From Callorhinchus milii (Eukaryota), in the NCBI RefSeq assembly GCF_018977255.1, contig NW_024704743.1, positions 18,602,001 through 18,666,000 on the forward strand: 64,000 bases of DNA, written 5' to 3'. A program made the translations under genes and the position numbers. Shown here piece after piece: positions 40,737 through 54,887 of this stretch. The first letter of the stretch is position 1, and every line of letters starts with the position of its first letter. Below the pieces are notes generated by a model. That model saw only the letters and a program-made list of their open reading frames with translations. It searched no databases and was not told the DNA's origin.

Positions 40737-40739
40737 GTT

Positions 40740-41950
40740 TTTATACTGTCTCTCCCTCATCTATTTAAGCTCCATCTCCAGATGTACCTCGTTGACCACA
40801 CTTTCAGTGATCTTTCCTTTCTCCACCCCAAGCTTGGTGCCCAGCCAGCACTATCAAGTGCTTTGGAACATCCTCCGAACATGAAAGGCTCTATATAAAT
40901 ACAAATTAGTATTGGGTTGATAACCCCTTGCTTACAGATGTTGTCAAACTTTCCCTAACTTCCGGCACTGTTCTTCACCCTATCAAAACCGCCATCATCA
41001 TCCCCTTCCACAAATAAACTTACCCTTAACTGTTCAAGACTTTCCACCTACAAGCCAATCTGCAACATACCCTTTCTATTCAAAGTCTCAGAATACATCA
41101 TTCCTGTCCAACTTCACTCCAACTTCTCCCCTCACTCCTTGCACGACTACTCTACTCCGGTTTCTGCCTTGCCCACAGGACTGAGACAGCCCTCATCAAA
41201 GTTGCAAATGAATGATGTACTCTCACCCTGTGACAAGGGCTTCCTATGTCCCCTCGATTTCTCTGATGTCTTTGATACAGTCAACCACTCTATCCTCCTC
41301 AATCACCTCTCCTCTCTCATCCACCTCCATGGGATTGCACTTTTAGGTTCCAATACCATCATCTCCACTTTGTTTCCTCTAATGGCTTTTTCTTTTGCCG
41401 TCCTAAGGTCACTTGCAGGGTATCTCAGAGTGCAATCCTCAGCACCCTCCTCGACCTTATCTACATGTGCCCCTTTGGTGAAATCATCTGCAAACAGTGG
41501 ACTGGTTCCCACATCTAACATTTAACATTATGTCCTGAAAGAGCCTAAATTTGTATCAGTTAAAAATGGGCAAAATAGAAGCCAGGCTCCTCTGACACTT
41601 GCAATCCTTACCGACACAAAATGTTATATCCCTGTTATCTCCAGCCTCATCAGACTCCCCTGCCTCCCTGTCACCTAGCAGATCAACTTCAAAATCCTCA
41701 CTTACAATCCCTTCATTTCCTCACACCTCCTTCTATAATTTTCTCTATCTTCATTCTTCTGCTCGCCCCCCCCCCCTCATCTTGATAAACTCAGGCTTGT
41801 TGCACATTCCCCACCTCCACTGACAATCTGTGAGCGGCTGAGCTTTCAGCCACTATTCCCTAACCCCTTGGACATCCGTCCCTCAACATCTCCATCTGGC
41901 CCCTCTGTATTTATTATAAAAACTGCCTAAAAACGTACCTCTTTGACATA
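40740..41950 (+). mobile_element. Old, highly decayed L2 fragments
   Basis: Remnant LDFSDVFDTVNHSILL in ORF 41139..41525 and an L2-like tail near 40850-40910. Confidence 0.7.
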
Positions 41951-43827
41951 TTTTCACTGCTACAGAGAAGGTTGAGGGGAAAACTGATAGTCGTCGTTAA
42001 AAATTAAAAGGAATTTTGATGGATTAGATACAGAGAAATTATTTCCACTGGTAAGTCAGTCAGTGACAAGAGGGCATCAATGTAAGATACAATAAATCCC
42101 TGGTTTACAGATTCTGAGTATCTGGAATTCGGATCTGGCCGGACTTGATACAATGGCATGTGGACTCCTACCAGTTCACCTCTCCTCGCGTGTGCTCCCA
42201 CCTCTCAGTCCTTGCTGGCCTTCAGCGGCCAGGGATATCAACTTTCACTCAGTTTATTTGCTATTTACTGCTTACTGCTTGCGGGTACCAGCATTATAAC
42301 TATACGTAGCTGGAAATTCTGGCTCGCCAGACTGGATCTCCCCCCAACAATCTAGCCAGTGTTTTAGTGTAGTTACCAAAGGAGCTAAGAGGGAGATTAG
42401 AAGGATTTGTTTTACACTGGGAGTTGTTAGAATGCGGAATCCAATGTGAGGAGCGATGGTCAAGTCAGGATCTACAATAGCTTTCAAGTGGGAACTAGAT
42501 GCATATTTAAAAAGGAGTAAGTTGCAGGGCTATGGGGTAAAGACAGGTAAATGGAACTGAATAAATCAGTGAGCCAGCACAGACACGATGGTGTGAATGG
42601 CCTTCTAGCACATTAACATACCGTAATACAATGCAATGTGAGTTTACTGCACCTGAAACAATGAGCACTCCCTAGTTCTCAGTAAATGGTGCCTGAGTCC
42701 CCATCGATCAGTAGATCATGCACATTCTCATTCACATTCCTTATAATAGTAACACAACAATGTTCGTCACACTTATCTTGCACATTTGCCATAGATTAAG
42801 GCCTGGTCTGTCTGTAACCAGGACTAAGCTAATCAGAATCTGTACTATTACTAATGATAACCAGATCTGTTCCCTAACACTTGCCTTGGTTGCTGTTTCC
42901 AGAACAAAACGTAAAATGTATACCACTGTATTAAAACCCATGTCAGAATGTGTGAACCCACATATATTCCGCTCAAGTTGTTTCCCTACATTGAAAGCAG
43001 TCAGAGTAAAAATGATCGCAGGCAGAATATTGCCTCTGTTTTGAAATGTTTTAACTACAGTCGCTTTTGAATTGATTTACTGACCTGGGTGCTCTCTCTA
43101 TCATTGCCAGACAGTACTGTTGTACTTTTGGCACCAAACATTAAAACATGTTCAGTCATCAAAGGAATATTTTACTGATACAGCCATCAATAAAATAATC
43201 TAACTCAGTTTGTCACATTGACATGCAGATAAAAACTGAAACATGTTAACGCGAGACCATGCAAACTTCATTTCAAAATACTGCTAATAAAATGATTTCT
43301 TTCTCCCAGATAGAAACCTAACTGCATGTGAAACATATTTTCTATTATATTATTAACCTCCATTCCTCAATTCAATGTCAATGGATAAATATGGGAGTCT
43401 GGAATCCTTTCTTTTCACGCACAGCATTTTTAAGTCAAGCACACGTTTAAATACTTGCAAAGATAACAAGGTTATAAACTGGAAAATCTGCTCAAATAAA
43501 ACAAGCTGACTATCCAGTGAGCTATAAATATTTGACAGCTCGTAAATGAAGTCGTAGTAGTGTTCTTGTTTTAGAAAGGGGGCGAAATTAATCTATTTCT
43601 TCGCAGCAGAAAAGTGTAACTTAAAACAACTTTTGACTTGAGTGTGTGGGTAGGAGGAAGAGGGAGGGAGGGAGGGAGGGAGGGAGGGGTAAAAATGCCA
43701 AGGAAAGCAGATAGACCACTCCTCTGGAATTCCTCTCTGGACAGTGTCAATCTATACTTAACAGCAGTTGCGAAGAAAGATGACGCTGCTTCTGTAATGG
43801 ACCTAATAAGGAAATGCAGGACTCCGC

Positions 43828-44215
43828 CACACACTCTCCCATTCAACACACACTCACTTACACACTCACTTACACACTCAGGCAATCACTCTCACACACA
43901 CTCACACACTTACACACTCACTCACTTACACACTCAGGCAATCACTCTCACACACACTCACTCACTCACTTACACACTCAGGCAATCACTCTCACACACA
44001 CTCACACTCACTCACTTACACACTCAGACAATCACTCGCACACTCACTTATACTCAGACACTCACTCTCACACACACTCACACACTCAATCACTCACAGA
44101 TACACTCAGTTATACACACACATTCAAACACTCACACACACACTCACTCACACTCAGATACAGAGTCACACACATACACACACTCAAACACTCACTCTCA
44201 CTCACAGTCACACAC
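43828..44215. repeat. CA/CACT-rich degenerate tandem repeat
   Basis: Recurring CACTCACTTACACACTCAGGCAATCACTCT units. Confidence 0.9.
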
Positions 44216-44298
44216 AACTGCTGTAACATTACGTTATGTCTCTTACAATTAGAGAGGAATGAGTGGGTGGAAAATACAAAATAAAGAATATTAATCAT

Positions 44299-45036
44299 TC
44301 CCCCCACACCCCCCTCCCCCTCACACACACACACCCCCCACCCCCCCCCTCCCACCCCCACACACCCCCACACTCCTTCCCCCCCACACCCCCCCCTCCT
44401 CCCCCCACCCCCCCACACCCCCTCCCCCTCACACACACACCCCCACCCCCCCCCTCCCACCCCACACACCCCCACACCCCCCCCTCCCTCCCCCCACACC
44501 CCCTCCCCCTCACACACACACCCCCCCACCCCCCCCCCTCCCTCCCCACACACACCCCCACACACCCTCCCCCCACACCCCCTCCCTCCCCCCCACCCCC
44601 TCCCCCCCACCCCCCTCCCTCCCCCCACACCCCCACACACACCCCCCCCTCCCTCCCCCCACACACACCCCCCCCCTCCCCCACACCCCCCCCCCCCTCC
44701 CTCCCCCCACACACACCCCCCCTCCCTCCCCCCACACCCCCCCCCCCCTCCCTCCCCCCACACACACCCCCACACCCCCCTCCCTCCCCCCACACCCCCT
44801 CCCTCCCCCCCACACCCCCCACACACCCCCCCACACCCCCACCCCCCCCCACACACCCCCTCCCTCCCCCTCCCTCCCCCCACACCCCCACACCCCCCCC
44901 CCCCTCCCTCCCCCCACACCCCCACACACCCCCCCTCCCTCCCCCCTCACCCCCACACCCCCCCCTCCCTCACCCCTTCCCTCCACACCCCCACCCCACC
45001 CCCACCCCCCCCCTCCCCCCCCCACACACACCCCCG
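44299..45036. repeat. C-rich low-complexity tract (G-rich on the HACD1 sense strand)
   Basis: CCCCCCACA and CCCTCCC units, essentially no G on the + strand. Confidence 0.95.
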
Positions 45037-45099
45037 CACCGCAAAATCCCGGAGCTGAGCTTTGCAAAACAGTCAAAAGAAAAGAAAAAAAGAAGAAAA

Positions 45100-45540
45100 T
45101 GACAATGAGAGTCTCCGGTCGCCGTGTGGGCGGTGTCGGGGCCCTTCCTACCCAGCGGTCATGGTGATGTTGTAGAGGGTGAGCCACGCCATGGCCACCG
45201 CGCTCTGCCTCCTGTGCTGCTCCTTCTCCTCCACCGCACCGTCCTCCTCACTGGACGCCATAGCACCCGACACGCGGTCAGCGGGTCACACAGGTCCGGG
45301 AGGGCACAGCACTGCACTGCACTGCCGGACACACACACACACAGCACTGCCGGACACACACACACACACACGGCAGCCGGACAGCCGGACAGGTCCGGGA
45401 GGGCACAGACACACACACACACACACACACACAGAGCAGACACTCACTCACTCACTCACTCACACAGTCGGAGCGCCGCCTCCCGCGCGATCAGCAGCGC
45501 AGCGCCACAACCACAACCACAACCTGTACCCCACAGCACC
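45100..45540 (-). promoter_or_regulatory. Small CpG-rich island spanning HACD1 exon 1, 5' UTR and proximal promoter
   Basis: CpG-rich and partly unique sequence around the start codon, bounded by simple repeats. The TSS cannot be placed. Confidence 0.6.
45152..45261 (-). CDS. HACD1: HACD1/PTPLA coding exon 1 (MASSEEDGAVEEKEQHRRQSAVAMAWLTLYNITMTAG)
   Basis: ATG at 45261 in good Kozak context (gctATGG), in-frame TGA 27 nt upstream, donor GG|gtagga. Matches the vertebrate HACD1 N-terminus (MASSxEDG...AWLTxYxIxMTAG). Confidence 0.95.
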
Positions 45541-48500
45541 ACTGACACACTCACTGACACTGACACACTCACTGACACTGACACACTCACTGACACTAAC
45601 ACACTCACTGACACTGACACACTCACTGACACTGACACACTCACTAACACACTCACTAACACTGACACACTCACTGACACTGACACACTCACTGACACTG
45701 ACACACTCACTAACACTGACACACTCACTAACACACTGACACACTCACTCACACTGACACACTCACTCACACTGACACACTCACTAACACACTGACACAC
45801 TCACTAACACACTCACTGACACTGACACACTCACTGACACTGACACACTCACTAACACTGACACACTCACTGACACTGACACACTCACTGACACTGACAC
45901 ACTCACTAACACACTGACACACTCACTAACACACTCACTAACACACTGACACACTCACTGACACTAACACACTCACTAACACTGACACACTCACTAACAC
46001 TGACACACTGACACTGACACACTGACACTGACACACTCACTGACACTAACACACTCACTAACACAATCACTAACACTGACACACTCACTGACACTGACAC
46101 ACTCACTGACACTGACACACTCACTGACACACTCACACACTCACTAACACACTCACTAACACTGACACACTGACACTGACACACTGACACTGACACACTC
46201 ACTGACACTAACACACTCACTAACACAATCACTAACACTGACACACTCACTGACACTGACACACTCACTGACACTGACACACTCACTAACACACTCACTA
46301 ACACTGACACACTCACTGACACACTCACTGACACTGACACACTCACTGACACTGACACACTCACTAACACACTCACTGACACACTCACTGACACACCGAC
46401 ACACTCACTGACACACTCACTGACACACTGACACACTCACTGACACACTCACTGACACACTCACTGACACACTCACTGACACACTCACTGACACACTGAC
46501 ATACTGACACACTGACACACTCACTGACACACTGACACACTCACTGACACACTGACACACTCACTAACACACTCACTAACACACTCCCTCACTAACACAC
46601 CCACTCACTAACACACTCACTCACTAACACACCCACTCACTAACACACTCACTCACTAACACACCCACTCAATAACACACCCACTCACTAACACACTCAC
46701 CAACACACTAACACACTCACTCACTAACACACTCACTAAGACACCCACTCACTAACACACCCACTCACTAACACACTCACTCACTAACACACTCACTAAC
46801 AAACTCACACACTAACACACCCACTCACTAACACACCCACTCACTAACACACCCACTCACTAACACACTCACTCACTAACACACTCACTCACTGACGCAC
46901 CCACTCACTAACACACTCACTCACTAACACACTCACTCACTAACACACTCACTAACACACTCACTAACATACCTACTCACTAACACACCCACTCACTAAC
47001 ACACCCACTCACTAACACACCCACTAACACACTCACTAACACACCCACACACTCACTAACACACTCACTAACACACTCACACACTAACACACTCACTAAC
47101 ACACTTACTAACAAACCCACTCACTAACAAACTCACACTAACACACTCACACACCCACTCACTAACACACCCACTCACTAACATACCCACTCACTAACAC
47201 ACTCACTCACTAACACACTCACTCACTGACACACCCACTCACTAACACACTCACTCACTAACACACTCACTGACTGACACACTGACACACTCACTCACTA
47301 ACACACTCACTGACTGACACACTCACTCACTGACACACTCACTGACACACTCACTCACTGACACACTCACTGACACACTCACTGACACACTCACTCACTG
47401 ACACACCCACTAACACACTCACTCACTAACACTCGCTGACACACTCACTCACTAACACACTCACTAACACACTCACTAACACATTCACTCACTAACACAC
47501 TCACTAACACACCCACTAACACACTCACTCACTAACACACTCACTAACACACTCACACACACACACTCACTAACACACTAACACACTCACTAACACACTC
47601 ACTCACTAACACACTCACTAACACACCCACACTCACTAACACACTCACACACACCCACTCACTAACACACTAACACACTCACTAACACACTCACTCACTA
47701 ACACACTCACTAACACACCCACACACTCACTAACACACCCACACACTAACACACTCACTAACACACCCACACACTCACTAACACACTCACTCACTAACAC
47801 ACTCACACACACCCACTCACTAACACACTCACTAACACACCCACAGCAGCACTCACTAACACACTCACACACTCACTAACACACCCACTAACACACTCAC
47901 ACACTCACTAACACACTCACACACTCACTAACACACCCACTAACACACCCACAGCAGCACTCACTAACACACCCACTAACACACCCACAGCAGCACTCAC
48001 TAACACACTCACACACTCACTAACTCATTCACTAACACACTCACATACTAACACACTCACTAACACACCCACACACTCACTAACACACTCACTAACACAC
48101 TAACACACACACACTAACACACTCCCTAACACACCAACACACTCACTAGCACACTCACACACACCCACTCACTAACACACTCACTAACACACCCACAGCA
48201 GCACTCACTAACACACTCCCTAACACACCAACACACTCACTAGCACACTCACACACACCCACTCACTAACACACTCACTAACACACCCACAGCAGCACTC
48301 ACTAACACACTCACACACTCACTAACACACCCACTAACACACCCACAGCAGCACTCACTAACGCAGTCACACACTCACTAACTCATTCACTAACACACTC
48401 ACACACTAACACACTCACAGCAGCACTCACTAACACACTCACTAACACACCCATACACTAACACACTCACTAACACACTCACTAACACACTCACTAACTC

Positions 48501-51294
48501 ATTCACTAACACACTCACACACTAACACACTCACAGCAGCACTCACTAACACACTCACTAACACACCCATACACTAACACACTCACTAACACACTCACTA
48601 ACACACTCACTAACTCATTCACTAACACACTCACACACTAACACACTCACAGCAGCACTCACTAACACACCCATACACTAACACACTCACTAACACACTC
48701 ACTAACACACCCACAGCAGCACTCACTAACACACCCACTAACACCCACAGCAGCACTCACTAACACAGTCACACACTCACTAACTCATTCACTAACACAC
48801 TCACACACTAACACACTCACAGCAGCACTCACTAACACACTCACTAACACACTCACTAACACACACACTCACTAACACACACACACTCACACAGGCACTC
48901 ACTAACATACTCACTAACACTCAGGCACTCACTAACACACCCACAGCAGTACTCACTAACACACTCACTAACACACCCACTAACACACCCACAGAAGCAC
49001 TCACTAACACACTCACTAACACACACACTCACTAACACACACACTCACTAACACACACACACACTCACTAACACACTCACACAGGCACTAACACACTCAC
49101 ACAGGCACGGACTAACATACTCACTAACACTCACTCAGGCACTCATTAACATACTCACTCACACTCACAAACAAACTCACTCAGGCACTCACTAACACAC
49201 TCACTTACACACTCACTAACACACACAGACACTCACTAACACACTCACTAACACACTCACACAGGCACTCACTAACACACTCACTAACACACTCACTAAC
49301 ACACACAGGCACTCACTAACACACTCACACACACACAGGCACTCACTAACATACTCACTAACACACACTCAGGCACTCATTAACACACTCACTCACACTC
49401 ACAAACAAACTCACTCAGGCACTCACTAACACACTCACTTACACACTCACTAACACACACAGACACTCACTAACACTCACTAACACACTCACACAGGCAC
49501 TCACTAACACACTCACTAACACACTCACTAACACACACAGGCACTCACTAACACACTCACACACACACAGGCACTCACTAACATACTCACTAACACACAC
49601 TCAGGCACTCACTAACACACTAACACACACACACAGGCACTCACTAACACACTCACTCACTAACACACTCAGGCACTCACTAACACAGTCACTCACTAAC
49701 ACACTCACTCACCAACACACTCAGGCACTCACTAACACACTTACTCACTAACACACTCAGGCACTCACTAACACACTCACACTCACTAACACACTCACAC
49801 AGGCACTCACTAACACACTCACTCACTAACACACTCACACACACAGGCACTCACTCACACAGGCACTCACACACACTCACACACACTCACACAGGCACTC
49901 ACACACACACAGGCATTCACTAACACACTCACTTACACACACTAACACACTCACACAGGCACTCACTAACACACACACAGGTACTCACTCACACACTCAC
50001 TCACACACTAACACACTCACACAGGCACTCACTCACACACTCACACACACACACACTCACACACACACTAACACACTCACACAGGCACTCACACACACAC
50101 TCACACAGTCACTCACTCACACACAGGCACTCACCCACACAGGCACTCACTCACTCACACACACAGGCACTCACCACAAGCTCCCCCAGTGCAGCGCACT
50201 CACACATACAGGCACTCACACACACACTCATACACACACACACACACACGCACTCACACATACAGGCACTCACACACACACACTTATACACACACACACA
50301 CACACTCACACATACAGGCACTCACACACACACACTCATACACACACACACACGCACTCACACATACAGGCACTCACACACAGACACTCATACACACACA
50401 CACACGCACTCACACATACAGGCACTCACACACAGACACTCATACACACACGCACTCACACATACAGGCACTCACACACAGACACTCATACACACACACA
50501 CACGCACTCACACATACAGGCACTCACACACAGACACTCATACACACGCACTCACACATACAGGCACTCACACACAGACACTCATACACACACACACACG
50601 CACTCACACATACAGGCTCTTATACACACACAGGCACTCACCACAAGCTCCCCCAGTGCAGGGCACTCACACGCACATATTCATACAGGCACTCACACGT
50701 ACAGGCACTCACCACAAGCACCCCCAGTGCAAGGCACTCATACACAGGCACACACATTCACACACAGATACACACACAGGCACTCACACATAGACACTCA
50801 CACATAGACATAGACAGGCACTCACACACAGGCACACACATACACACATGCACTCACACACATAGGCACACATACATAGAATCACACACACATGGACATA
50901 GACAGGCACTCCCACACATACACACACAGGCACTCACATAGACACTCACACACACAGGCACTCAAACACATAGACACACACATGCACTCACACACAGGTA
51001 CTCACACACATACACACACAGACATTCATACACAGGCACTCAAACGCAGACACATAGGCACACACTCACACAAAGATATACACACAGGCACTCACACACA
51101 TACACATAGATACACACACATAGACACATACATACACTCACACACACACATAGACACACACATAGACATACATAGATACACACACACACACAAAGACAAA
51201 CGCACATAGACAGAGACACCGACATATAGACATAGACACACATAAACGTTCATACATACAGACACAAACACATACATACAAACACACACATACA
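45538..51294. repeat. About 5.7 kb compound CA-rich micro/minisatellite array
   Basis: Units ACACTGACACACTCACTG, ACACACTCACTA, ACACACCCACTCACTA, then variants containing CAGCAGCACT, CAGGCACT, CATACAGG and CATAGAC. Confidence 0.97.
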
Positions 51295-53632
51295 TTGGCT
51301 GCTGTGTGTGCCCGCAAAATATACAGTCAATTCATTTTACAGTAAATCCCGTGAAGGGCTTTGGACATCCCTCTGATGTGAAACGCACTATATCAATTAA
51401 TATTATTACTATTAACTTTGTGATGTTTGTGGACATCTGTCCTTTTTCCTGCTCACTTAAAGCAAAGATCACACATGAGACCTGATTTCTCATGGTTGGA
51501 GGTGGGGGGGAGGGCTGGGAAGGTGACATTGCATTGCTGGCTGAGGTCACCTCCATGATGGAGTATTGGAAGGAATGACAAAACCACTGAGCTGTGAAAC
51601 AGTGTGATGCACCTTCGCTATACCCCAGGATAGTCATAATGCACTGACTACGTCAAAAGCCCACCTGGTGAAAGAAATGTACTTGATAGTGAGAAGCCCA
51701 AGTTTATATGGACTTGCAGAACTTTCTCTACGCAATGATGTCCTGCTGGACTTTGCTTTGGTATGTGAGTTGGTGTTGATGTTTGCTTCCATAAACACGC
51801 TGCATGTATAGCACCATATAACATATGCCCTCTGGTAGATGTGCCTTCAGTGGGTTTGCTAAAGTATGCAAATAGGGTATTGGGGCTAATATACCTATTA
51901 AGCGTAATTGCTGTGCAGTGAGATATGGGCTGATTATGCTTGGATTTGGGGCTAGTGAATAAAACTCTTAATCTGTTCTGCTATTATACACTCAGCCAGT
52001 TGTTTTTTTTGCTTTCTGATTTGCCCACTGTAGGGGAAAATTGCCCCTTGTGTCCTAGCACCTCCCTATCTCTCTGATCTTCTCCTACCCTAGTCCTCTA
52101 CTTGCCCTCATGCTTGAATAATTTGGGCTTGATGTGTGTCTCCCACGCTCTCCGCACCACTATCAATGGCTGAGTCTTCCAATACTATGCCCCTAACCTC
52201 TGGAACTCCCTCCCACTACCCAGCTCATTCCCTCTCTATCTAATTTTATGTTCCATCTTAAAACACATCTTTTTAACTGCATCTTACCCATAGTCACTTC
52301 CCCTTCTCCTCTCTGATGCCACCTTTTAAAGTATTGTGATACTTTGATTGCTATACAGAGAGGTAAGCAGCTGCTGCACAAGCTCCGCACCTCTAACTTG
52401 CTATCGCTGAATGGGTAGGAACCTATGTCCGAGCTGTGGGCACAAGGAACGAGACACTGAAAGAAACTTTCTTCTCTTTTCGTGTGGTGTTATGGGATCT
52501 TTAATGTCCACTTGAACAGGCAGATGGAGACTTGGTTTAATACCTCATGCGCAAGATGGCGCCCACAGAGCTCCTCAACACTGTATTGAAGTGTCAGCTT
52601 AGACTGCGTGAGTTTAAAGTTCCAATGTGGGGCATCAATCCACAATCGTCTGACTTAGAGGTGAAAATATTAACAATATTACCAATATTACCAGGTTGAC
52701 TTGTGCACATTTGATCTGATTTTTCTTTCTGGTGAATCTGCAATATTGGTCACGTCTCATATTTATATTTATTGGCGAATAAAAGGAAATTACAAAATGA
52801 AAAGGGAAGATGAAAGAAGAGAACAATGTGAAAAATTAAAGACAGTTTTAAAAACAATAAGCATGTATCAAAGGATATGTCCACAAGCAGATTGTAATGC
52901 CCTGTGAGGTAAGCTGTATCCACCCTGGGATGGAGGTCAGTCCACTGATCTATAGTTTCTGTTACCTTTGGGGAGCGGTGACATCACACACGGGCACCGC
53001 TGCACATTACAAAGGACTGGTATGGAGGATGCACTCAAATGTATTGTATTACTGGTAACTATCCCTACGAAATAGCTCATCCAAAACATATTAGCTAATT
53101 ATTTGCTATTGCAAGTTATCATAAATCAAATGCCTATCTTGATTTAAGTGTCATAAGCAATGTCTGAGCCTTAAGTATGAATAGCCTTCCTATATCTTTC
53201 CAAAACTTATTTTCAATTTTCATGAGATGAGGAAGACAAATAATTACCAGTTCTTCTCATCAAACTGAGGAGATCGATTGCCTAGCTAAAGTGATTTAAA
53301 AATTGCATTCCGTCTCTGGAATTACTTTTCTTCCAAGTTCATTCATCATTAAATAAGGACAAGATTATGTCAGTAGGTTCGTAGTGCTTTTTATGCAAAC
53401 CCACCACTTCGCAATGTGCTTTGCATGACTAATTTTGAGTACGTATATCCTAAGAACATAAGATGTTTTAGAACAGGGAAAATGCCATTAGACACAAAAA
53501 GTGTGTCCTTTTTGGATCTTAATATCAGCTGTGTAGTTTTTTGTCTAAAGTTAATTAGAAGATAAGAATTTTAATAACTTTACCCTGGTATAATTTCCAA
53601 TGCCACAATTACATCCTTCAATTACTTCCCTT

Positions 53633-54887
53633 TTCAGCATTCGATACGGTCGACCCACGCTATCCTCCTCCACCACTTGTCCTCCCACCTCAACCTTCAA
53701 GGCCCTGTCCTTGAGTGGTTTAGGTCGTACCTCTCCCACCGTCTTCACTTTGTCTCCACGAATCGCTTTTCCTCCAGTCCCCGCCCTGTCTCGTGCTGTG
53801 TCCCTCAGGGCTCTGTCCTCAGTCCCCTCCTCTTCACCCTCTATATGCTCCCCCTCGGTGACATCATCCGCAGACATGGGGTTAACTTCCACATGTATGC
53901 GGATGACACCCAACTCTACCTTTCCTCCTCTACCCTCAACTCCATGACCACCGATGTCCTGACAGCTGCCTGTCCGACATCGAGTCCTGGATGAGAGACA
54001 ACTTTCTTCAGCTCAACGTGCGCAAAACTGAGGCCCTCCTGATTGGCTCACGTCAGCGCCTCCGCACCTCAGGCGCTGACACCATCAGCATCCAAGGCTG
54101 CACTCTCCACCTCTCAAAGCCGGTCAGGAACCTCGGGGTTCTGTTCGACCCTGAGCTGTCCTTTCTCCCTCACATCCGCGCCACAACTGGCACCGCCTTC
54201 CATCACCTCCGGAACATCGCCAGACTACGGCACTACCTCACCCCTCACGCTGCTGAAACTATGGTCCACGCCTTTATCACCTCAAGGCTGGACTATGGGA
54301 ACTCTCTCCTCGTCGGCCTTCCCGCCACCTCCCTCCACAAGCTGCAGGTCATTCAGAACTCTGCAGCTCGTGTACTGTCCCGCACCAGGCTTCGGGACCA
54401 CATCACTCCCACCCTCGCTCGCCTCCACTGGCTCCCCATCCCCCAGAGGATTGATTTCAAGATCCTCATCCTCACCTACAAGGCCATTCACGGCCTCGCT
54501 CCCTCCTACCTCTCCAACTTACTATCCCCCTACCTACCTGCCCGTACCCTCCGTTCCTCTGGCTCCGGTCTGCTCCACATCCCCCGCCCCAACCGCCCTA
54601 CCATCGGTGGCCGAGCCTTCAGCCTCTCAGCCCCCAGGCTCTGGAACTCTATCCCCAGTGCCTTCGCCGCCTCCTCCCTTTCCTCCTTCAAGGCCGGTCT
54701 CAAGACCTTTCTCTTTGACCGTGCCTTCAGCTCCCCTCTCGACTCTCTACCCCCTCCTCGCTCCCTCCCTTCCCTCCCCTCACCCTGACCATTTCCCCCC
54801 TGCTCGGCTCCTGACCCAACTGTACAGCGCCTTGGGACGTCCTCCTGACGTGAAAGGCGCTCTATAAATCGAATCTTGTTGTTGTTT
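53633..54887 (+). mobile_element. Young 5'-truncated L2-clade LINE (RT C-terminal half, C-terminal domain, 3' tail)
   Basis: SAFDTVD...[12 protein letters not shown]...YADDTQLY...KTE...RNLGV...SRLDY..S...HITP.L..LHWLP with two 1-bp frameshifts (near 53653 and 53966). Ends in a stem-loop plus (GTT)n. Confidence 0.95.

Noticed and set aside
45538..51294. CRISPR-like or telomeric array
   Set aside because: No constant repeat with unique spacers, no TTAGGG units, and the context is eukaryotic.
43571..51295. Long ORFs rich in His/Thr/Pro or Val/Ser/Cys/Gly
   Set aside because: Translations of simple repeats that lack stop codons; no protein-like features.
53991..54788. 265-aa ORF as a domesticated gene or active LINE
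   Set aside because: It is the C-terminal part of a 5'-truncated, frameshifted L2 ORF2 with no endonuclease domain or promoter.
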